64,000 bases of DNA, taken from the NCBI RefSeq assembly GCF_009914755.1, contig NC_060935.1, one strand, 5' to 3'. The stretch is from the human T2T-CHM13v2.0 reference genome, Homo sapiens. Below, piece after piece: positions 54,121 through 64,000 of the stretch; within the stretch, counting starts at the first letter, position 1, and each line of letters starts with the position of its first letter. The notes under the pieces are model-generated. The model ran no database searches. It was not told where the DNA came from and saw only the letters and a list, made by a program, of their open reading frames with translations. The position numbers were made by a program, and so were the translations under genes.

Positions 54121-57100
54121 TGCTACAGTGGCAAAAGCCATAGACTCTAGAGCCAGGCTAGCTGGGGTTGAATCATAGTTTTATTCTTTACTGATGGTAT
54201 GGCACTAGTCAAGTTACTCTCAGTGCTTTAGTATCCTCATCTGAACAATGGGGATAATCATCATATAGTTCTCATGGGGATTGAGTGAGTTAATACAAAT
54301 TGTTCAGAACAGAACAATACCCTCCACATAGAAAATTCCCAGCAGTATTTGGTTACGTCCATTTGCCTGTAGTTGATTTGTCCCTAGAAATTTTATTTTC
54401 CAGCATGTTTCCCTGTTAGTCTCCCTCTCAGCATCATGGCTGATGATAAATTAGGGGTTACTACACTGGGCTTTGTAGTGAACTCCATGAAATTGTACAC
54501 GAAATATATGTGTGTACAACCTTCTAGACCTAGGGAGAAGTTCTGTTGCTTTAGACAGATTTTTTAAGGGGTATCATGAGCCAAAACAAGAAGGTCAGAG
54601 AGGAGAAAGAAGTAGGTATAGCCCCAAGCACAGTTCTAGATCCTGTGTGTGTGCTTTGAGATGAACGTGGGCACTGGTATCCCAGCTCACCACTCCACAC
54701 TTCCTTGATACTGTTATTTCTGCACTGTTAGACAGTTTTCTGCTTTATGTGTTTGTCTCTCTTGATAGACTTTCAGATTTGGGTCTTATATCTAGCACTG
54801 TCTTGCCCATGGCAGATGCTCACTGTCATATATCTTTGTGGAATGAATGACTGAATGGACAAATGGATGAGTGAATAATTCTGCCTTTTGCTGCCAACGA
54901 CCCATGATCCTTTGTAACTCCTACTATCACATGTATCTGTTTTGTTTTTTTTTTTCTGTGAATGCTTTGGAGCAGTCAAAATTGAGTTTGCCTCTTAGCC
55001 TTATGGCTATGAGCCCTGTGACCCAGGGCCTGTCATTCCTGTTTTTGTATAGTACAAAGGAGAAAAAGAAACCTAATTCTCAGGAATATGAGGATTACCT
55101 GAGATAATGCTTGTAGCATGTCATGCTCAGTAATGTTTCTTTCTGTGTCTTTCTTCCCTATAACTAGATAGCTGCTTGTATTACTGGGACTTTTTGGCTG
55201 CAGTTGGCCACTACAACCAACTAGTGTGTAGTTGGTTCACATTAACTCACTTAAATCCTCATAACAACTTTATGAGGATTATCCCCCCATTCTTAGCAGA
55301 GGATTTTTGAGTTTCAGATTTATCAAGCATTTATGTATGGTATGCTAGGCATTTTCACAGCTTTATCTCATCATGTTGTTGAAATGAGTGTATAGTTTTT
55401 GTTATTAATATAATCACCTTTTTTCTGTTTAACAGTATTTTAGATGTGACTGAAATAGCCATATTCTCATACCCAGTCATTCAGGTTTGCACATATAAAA
55501 TATAGGACACTAAAACTACTGACTTTAAATCTGAATTTATTGAAAAGTAATAAATTATAGGAAGTATTCTTCACATTACTAAAGGAATTATTGCAGGTTG
55601 GTTGGTTAGTTCTAGAAAGAGTTTAATCTCCTTTACTTATCCATTATTTTTTGGATTTATTAAATCCAACACATTTTGTACTTAAAATGTGATTTATTTA
55701 CAAAATTTCAGTTTACCACAACTTTTCAGGAGTGTATATGTTTGTTGTGTAAGAGCTTATATTGGCAGAGAAGTGCAAACTTCCCAAACCTGACTGCATT
55801 CAAATTGTCTGTAAAAGATGGTCCAAAAACATCATTTCTGGTCTATACTTGTGGTGAAGCCAGTGTTGCAGGTCTGATGTGGGGACTTGGAAGTGAGGTT
55901 TTTAACAAGCTCCATGAGTGTTTCTGACACACTGTAAGTTTGGGATTCATTGTTAAAGTGGCAACACAGCCATGAAAATAATGTGCAAAAAAAAAAAGAA
56001 AAGAAAAGAAAATAATATGCAGCCAGATGGAAGTGATGAGGAAGGGTGGTTTCATCAATTGTCTTGGTGTTCTGGTGTTTGGCAGGGAGTGCCCTGTTAT
56101 TCCCTGAAGCTTTTATAAAAAATAACACAAAGAGAATGGTTCTGGATCCTTCTCTGCCTCATACATGGAGAGAAATAAACTTTCCCAGGACCTTTCCCCT
56201 TTATCCACAAGTTAAGAATATTTCATTACAACTCTCCTAATTTTAATCTAAGAAATTTGGTGGGAAAAAAAAGACTTACAATTAGTTTGCATTTATTGAG
56301 GGGTCTTTGGAGGGCAGAATGGTGTAGTCAAAAGAGCTTTTCTGTTGGAGGAGCAGTGTTGCTGGCTGGTTTTGTAACTCTGGGCATTATGTAACCTCTG
56401 TGAGCTCAGTATCACTATCAACAAAATGGGAGTGAGTGGTGATAAATAATATGATTTTTATAACATCCTGGCACTAATAAGCACTCAATAAATGGTAGCT
56501 CCTGCTCTTATTGGTTATACTCTTTATTACTTAAGGGATGTTTAGTTTCTTGGAGATATTGGTTGTTTAAATTATGTAATTCATTCATGAACGCATATTG
56601 ATTTAGGAGCTGGGTGAGTGTGATTAGAAGCAATGTGCTTGCCTCTTGAGAGAGTCCCAGTCCCTGTGGGATGCCGCTGCCTGACAGACATCCCAGTGTC
56701 ACTCATCTGCAACAATACACACTAATAGGGTCCGGAAAGCTGGAGGAATCCGTGGCAGACAGGAAGTATCTGAACTGCTCCTTTCTCTTAGTGGGAGTGA
56801 GAGAGGGAGCTTTGCAGAGCATAATTATACAGACATATTGTCATTTCATGTCTGGAGGGTTATTTTAAAGCTTTCTATCCTGTTTGTTTTCCTTTGTTCA
56901 AAAAATATTAAGTACTTACTGTCTGCATTGAGTATTACATGCTGGTAATACTTGTTCACTCTCAGTGGGACCACAGTGTGTGCCAGAGCCACCCAAAAGA
57001 ATACTACTGTGGTCCTGAGATACTTACTTCTATATAGGTATAAACAAACAGGTTATGATGAAAGATTATTTAAATTTCAGTAACTTAATTAAATATAGGG

Positions 57101-57586
57101 TTTATTTATTAAAACTTATCTGAGGAAAAGAATCTCGAGTTCAGGTACTTTCAGTCTTTTTGTTTTAGATAAGTTAAGCAACAAATATATCAACATAAAA
57201 TATATATTATAATGTTACTATATACAATTTGAGTCAAGATATTTAAGGACCTTTGGATTTTATGTTAAAGGCTAAATTTTAAAAATTATTTTTGTAGAGA
57301 AAGCCTTTTTATTATGGATACTGCCACTGCATTCTCACGGTGACTCTGTGTGAGAGGTGGGACTGGGAATATTCCTTTTTTTATTTACCGCAAGTGAGAA
57401 GAGAGGACTCCTGCCTCTGCCCCGGTGCCCAGACCTGCGGAGGAAGCCCAAGCAAGGGCCGCATTTAGGGCACAGTCCTGTGGGCTCAGGACCTGCCTGT
57501 GGGGGCTGAGGAGGAGGGGAGCACGCCTTTCTCTGAAGTGTGAGTTTGTGCTCAAGCTACAGAATCCCTGTGTGGTTGTTACTTCT

Positions 57587-57634
57587 TTTTTCTTTTTTTC
57601 TTTTTTATTATTATTATTACACTTTAAGTTTTAA
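57587..57634 (-). mobile_element. Extremely 5'-truncated L1PA insertion (~48 bp)
   Basis: T-rich tail plus TTATTACACTTTAAGTTTTA (L1PA terminus), flanked by TGTTACTTCT at 57577-57586 and 57637-57646. Confidence 0.7.
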
Positions 57635-58450
57635 GATGTTACTTCTAACATTATGTACAAAGCCTTTGTGCAATTGGATCACAGCACACTTGTAATTAAC
57701 CTGTTTCAGCACTAGGTGGCTTTCTCTTTTTCCCCGCAACAGCTTTTACCTTCGTTTCCTGAGTAGTTTGAAGGGCCTTAAAAAAGGCAAACTTAACTTT
57801 GAGCTAAGCTCTGTAGTAAGAACATGCTTATAACTAGTTATTTTAAAATGTATCTGAATATATCTATTAAGCTAATGTATTTGTTGAGTCCACATGATGT
57901 GTCAGAAACTCTTTGGTACTAGGAACATATGCAGACGATTCATTGGTAAAATAAATATGTGTTGAGTACTTGCTGTGATCTTATTTCTGCTAGTAACTGG
58001 AGATACAAAGGTGAATAAGACACAGTCTCTGTTGTTATAAACTTATGAGTTAAGGGGGGAGGGGTGGGAAAGAAACTAAATACATAGGCAATTTAATACA
58101 TTATGATATCAGTATGCATAGAATGCTTGGGGAGCACTGAGTAGCATATAGAAATTGGGGGGAGGAGGGAAAGATGACTCCCTGGAGGAAGTGGCACTAG
58201 AATAGAGCTTCAAAAGACTTTCTCATAATTAGTATATATTTTAGCATTTAGTATGTGCCAAAGTAAAAGTTTCATAGATTTGTAAGGGTAGACAGGCCCT
58301 CTAGATGAAGAAGACATCGGGGAACTACAAGTCTTTTTCACAGGTATTTGCACAAGGTTGGTGCCAAGGATAGGTAGGGCAATGTACATGAGTTACTATA
58401 ATTCCAGGCAGATAGTGCTAAGTCATGTAGTACTTAAGATACAAAACAAA

Positions 58451-58768
<318 letters not shown>

Positions 58769-60121
58769 TTAAAAAAATAAGTCTATCAGAGATTCTTGAT
58801 TGTAAGAAGCACAAAGTGACGTTGGGTAACTTAAGCAAAAGAGAAATTTATTGGAAATATATCGGGCAGCTCACAAATTAATTGGAAGGCTCAGAAAATG
58901 GGCAGGAATCTAGGCAGATAGCCACTGGGAACCCAGCCAGAGATACGCTACTTGTCTTGTTAGGGTGAGGTCACCATAGAGACTGCTGCTGCTCCTGGAC
59001 TCCAGGGGATAGTGCTATCGCAGGTAGTTTATCAACACCTTTTTGTCCTTGCATCATTTCCTCAAGATTCAGTGCACATCCAGTTGACTGAGCCTAGGTC
59101 GTTCTAACTGCTGGAACAGGGTTGGCTTCTGTAATGGAAGGTAGATAGAACCTGCCCCTAGACTTAGACAGTGAGTTCAGTGTTCCCTAACATTGAAAGG
59201 ATTTACTTAGGTGACTATCAGGAAGGGAACATGGTAGGTAATAGTTGGAAGTTGAACTACCTAATCTCTAATTTATTTTCCAGCTCTAACATGTTAGGAA
59301 AATAATGTACTCATGCTTTTAACCCCCTTCTCCTTACCCATAACTAAGCTACGCTGAACTCTCTATTCCTTAAAGAGACAACACTTTCATAACCCAGTCC
59401 TGTGCTTTTGTTTTTCCCATGTTGGGCCGATCTTCCCTCACTACCACCTTCTCCACACCCCACAGTGGATTAACATCCTCCTCATTTTCCCTCCGGTTCA
59501 ATTTCAGCCCACATATCTCTTTCTCCTTGTCACTGAAGCTCTATGTCCCTTCCGTCAGTCAACAGGTAGTAATGATTACTCATGGAACTCCAAAGCAGTA
59601 TGTTCCTTTAACATACTTTGCAATAAAAATGGGTAGTTGTGTGCACGTTGGTCTCTGGAACCAAATCGTAAAATCCTAAGGGCCAAGGACAGTCTTACTC
59701 ATTTCTTGCTATTTATAGCTCCACTCACAGTGATCTCTTGGACTCAATTGTTACTTTAAAGGTTAAGCATGTGCTCTGCATTTTGGTTTATATTGATAAT
59801 ATCTCAAAGATTTTTAAGTAAGCATTACAAAGTTAAACTTCAGACAAGTTTGAAGTTATTCAACACACATTCCACTTTCAGAGAGAGTCTAAGTTAAATA
59901 GGTGTCGGGGTCTTGATTTCACTTGTTTTCTGGAACATATGGATTGGTCCAGGGTTTAGAATTCAAGTTTGATGCCCATTCAAAAGACCTGCCATGTAGG
60001 GGTTGGGAATCTTGTAAACCCCACCCCTCAACCCCCAACTCCAAACCTCGGGTTTCAGGTAATGGTTGCTTGGGGGAAAAGAGAGTGAGAAAGCATATTC
60101 CAGGGAGTGCTTTTAGTTTAG

Positions 60122-60526
<405 letters not shown>

Positions 60527-63062
60527 TAAGATTGTGAATCAGCTAATCCAGATGAGCTGGCTTGGTTTCACATGAGGACTCCTAAACAGGCTGGCCCTTA
60601 TTTTTCAGGTACTGGTCATAGGTTCTCCAGCCCTTTTGAAAACATTGTTTCCAGGGTATCCTTCTCCTTGAGCGGAGTATTCGGCTCCCTAGAAAAACCT
60701 CGAGTTCTGCCGGAATCAGAAGGCTTGATGGCTTACATTTAACTTTGAGGCTGCTGGCACACTCAGCAAATTCCTTAGCTCTTTGAAAGGTAAGATAGAA
60801 GCCACAGAATTGTTTGTTGCTGTGGTTAAAATCTCTGTTATAAAGTTATAGGAGGTTATTGTAATCTAGACAGTGAAATTGTTTTTAAATCATTAGGAGG
60901 TTTTGGATTACATGTAGCTGGCAGAAAGCTTTGCCCGTTGGTGACATAACACCTGGGAGTTGTTCTGCAGTTAGTGGTCTCTTTGAGGAATGGGTCGCTG
61001 GCCTGTAGAGTTGAAAGCACTAGTATTTGCTGCATAGGGGAGAGTAAGGGCCCCCTCATCTTACGGAGCTGAAAGGTACAAGGAATTATCTGGAATTCTC
61101 ATAGAGACTGGCTTTGGAGGGATCTTTGTCTTTTCTTTAACTCTTACTTGGTACTGAGAACATTCCAGAGAATACCGCCATGTTCTTGCCATCAGTCAGC
61201 ACGTAGTAAGAAGCATATGTCTTACATGCTACATGCTTGCAGAAATTAGCAAGTACACAGTACACTGCCTGTCTTCAAAGGGTAATGACTTCACCAGGGC
61301 CATAACACCAGCCTATTAAATGACTACTGCAAAATACTAGGCAGGTGAAATTTAAGTACCACAAGTTTTGTGTGCCTCAGATCATAAGTGTGGTGACAGT
61401 TGAGGGAAGGGAGATCAGTCAGGGCATGGGGGATGGTGTTGAGAGGCGTTCTAGAGGCGGTAAACTGAAGAGGTACATTTACTAGGATGAACTTTAGAGT
61501 AGTTAGGGGTGCATGTGAAGCCAGAAGGTGGCACTTGGAGAATGAGGATGACATGTTCACAGGATGCTGGGATGCTGAGGGGACCAGCAGGACTATGCAC
61601 AGCTAAAGGGGGCCCTGTTTAGAGACAGCCTTGAAAACCACAAAAATTCCACCCTGAAGTTATAGTCCAAATCATTATGTGTAAGGGAGTGGCATGCCGG
61701 CAGTGGAATTTAAGGACAAGGGACTTCCTAGTTGTGTGTATTGTATGATAGCGGAATGACAGTTTCACGTCCTCCAGGGTTTAAACCTCATGGAGACTTT
61801 GAGCCTGTTGTATTAATGGCCTGTGGACAGATTCAGGAACTGACCCTTGGGAATTAGTAGTTCCAGTGGCAGGTGAATCAGAGGAGTGGCTCACCACGGT
61901 TTCTGTTGCTCCTCTTGCCTCCCCCAGACAACTCACTTCATTCACCTTAATTCATTTTTTTTCCCTTCAACAATGAAGCCGTTGTTATTGCCACTCTTGA
62001 GTAGGGAAAATAGTCTTGCTCAGAGTCACATTAGCTAAAGGCCTCTGTTACAAAGAAAGCAATGCATAAAACCATATGGGAAGGAAGTTTTCAGTGCTTC
62101 AGAAAAGCAAGCCAAAAAAGCAGTCATGCTCAAAGAGAGAGAAGCAAAGGAGTTTTCATGTTGACAAATGACGTGCAGATTTTGTTAAGAAAAAGGAGCC
62201 ATTCTTGGTGAAATGGGTCATAGGCAACATAAGGCAGAAATGTTGTACCCTTAAACTAGAATGTTAGAATTTCATCCTTTGTGGAGTGCAGCAAAAACAG
62301 ATCTTTAGGTTTTCTTCAGGTTAAGGGCCCTAGGCACTGTACTTTCTCCTCCCCAGTGGGAGACTCCCCAGAGAGCTGACTCCTTTACTCAGACCTTAGC
62401 TTGTTTTCCATTGCTTTTGCCACTTTCCCTATGCATACTAAAGCTGTGAGTGGTGATTCTTAGATAAGGTTCTGGTTTGAAAGAGATATCTAAAAGTTAC
62501 CTACAAAGTCCAGAAGTGCTTGTATGGGAATGGTCTTTATGAAGCCCCTACAGGCAGCTACACTGTACACAGAACAACTGTAAAGCCAGGGGGGTCCTTG
62601 GCAGGCTGTGGGCTCCCCTAAAAACTGGCACCATTGCTCAGCCCCTGGTACCGAGCCAGGCTCTGCAGGGGCTTTCTGGGTGGTAATGGTATCTGGGAGG
62701 CTTCTGTGGTTTCTCCCAGCTCTCGCTCCTGGCCATGAACTTTTGACATAGAAAACAGCAGTCCCTCTCATGCCATAGGTTTATTTCCAATTCCTCATTT
62801 CAGATATCCTTGACCTTGTCGCTTAGATCATGTGCCCTGCATTTTGCCTAAGAAAGTAGACTCAATTTGTGTTGCAGGAGTTCCCAGTGAAGACAGTGAA
62901 TTAAAATAGGCAGGGAAGGATTAGGTACATGTAGAATGGAACTGCGACCTCTGTTAAATTTTTGTTGTGTGGCCCCGGAATCTGGGGTAGACTCTGTGAC
63001 TCACATTACTGTCACGTTTCCTTGTCTTTCAAGTGAGAAAGCTAGCAGTTAAAGTGACTCCT

Positions 63063-63473
63063 AGTAGAAGTCCATCAATGATAGACTGGATTAAGAAAAT
63101 GTGGCACATATACACCATGGAATACTATGCAGCCATAAAAAAGGATGAGTTCATGTCCTTTGTAGGGATATGGGTGAAGCTAGAAACCATCATTCTGAGC
63201 AAACTATCGCAAGGACAGGAAACCAAACACCACATGTTCTCACTCATAGGTGGGAATTGAACAATGAGAACACTTGGACACAGGATGGGGAACATCACAC
63301 ACCGGGGCCTGACACTGACATGGACTGGGGGAGGGATAGCATTAGGAGATATACCTAATGTAAATGACGAGTTAATGGTTGCAGCACACCAACATGGCAC
63401 ATGTATACATATGTAACAAACCTGCACGTTGTGCACATGTACCCTAGAATTTAAAGTATAATAAATAAATAAA
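63063..63473 (+). mobile_element. L1PA (about PA4-6) 3' ~410 bp, including the ORF2p C-terminal remnant
   Basis: Translates to IDWIKKMWHIYTMEYYAAIKKDEFMSF...SLIGGN*; (AAAT)n tail; TSD TAAAGTGACTCCT at 63050-63062 and 63474-63486. Confidence 0.95.
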
Positions 63474-64000
63474 TAAAGTGACTCCTTCAGGCTGTGTCAG
63501 TGCTGGGACAGCTCAGCCGGTTGGTTGTCTCTTGGCTTTAGACGAGTGGATGGTACCTGGGCATGTCCATCTGCTGGGTCTGTTGTCATCTGCTCTGCTC
63601 TCCAGCCTTTCTTCAGCACTGAGGAGTGGTCAGCAGCAGTGGGAGTGTAACTCAGTGGACGTGCAGGACCCTGGGTGTGTGTGAAGAAGTCCTAAGTGAT
63701 CTTTGACATGTCTTAATAGTTAGGCATCCTGTCCTTCAGTGTGAATTCAGGTGTGTGTGGGGGTGTGTGAAATGCTTTAGTTCTTTCATGACACTGAGGA
63801 AACAGTGGTGAAGGGAAAAGGCATATCTTTGGTGTCCTCTGTGCTCCGGCCCTGCTTCAAGGATTGCCCTCTTTGTAGTGTTCTGTGGTTTGGAGTTCTT
63901 AAACCCACTCTTAGTTAGCAGACCATGAGATAAAGTGTGGAAAAGTAACTCATACTGACATTGTAGTGACAGTGAATGGCTTAGTGCTGGGATCCATACT

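Noticed and set aside
63033-63260. 75-aa ORF with recognisable protein sequence
   Set aside because: It is the C-terminal remnant of L1 ORF2p in a 5'-truncated element, not a host gene.

Overview
Human genomic DNA, about half interspersed repeats (Alu, L1, L2, MIR, MaLR/ERV LTRs, hAT and Tigger DNA transposons). The window covers the 5' end of AMOTL1 (angiomotin-like 1, Hippo/YAP scaffold; chr11q21 from recall). The canonical first coding exon (39529-39577, MWRAKLRRGTCEPAVKG, phase-1 donor) lies in a CpG island at about 39.2-40.75 kb. The remaining 24 kb is intron 1; exon 2 is not in the window. A second CpG island at about 11.4-12.5 kb holds a 51-nt exon (11958-12008) that can splice in frame into AMOTL1, and a candidate upstream exon end lies at position 78. 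The most notable unexplained structures are: (1) two uORFs, one overlapping a weak-context AMOTL1 start codon; (2) a 1.43-kb 3'UTR-only retrocopy that I recognise as IGF2BP3, with an abnormally long target-site duplication (TSD), nested in an Alu/MIR; (3) an L1-mediated 3' transduction of about 430 bp of foreign DNA inside a MER21 LTR; (4) a human-specific AluYg6 forming an inverted Alu pair in intron 1; (5) a 48-bp micro-L1 insertion; (6) several template-switch and G-tract repair scars. There is no prokaryotic-type system (CRISPR, operon, etc.), and the ORF track is almost entirely noise. Gene and repeat-family names come from sequence recall, not from a database search.
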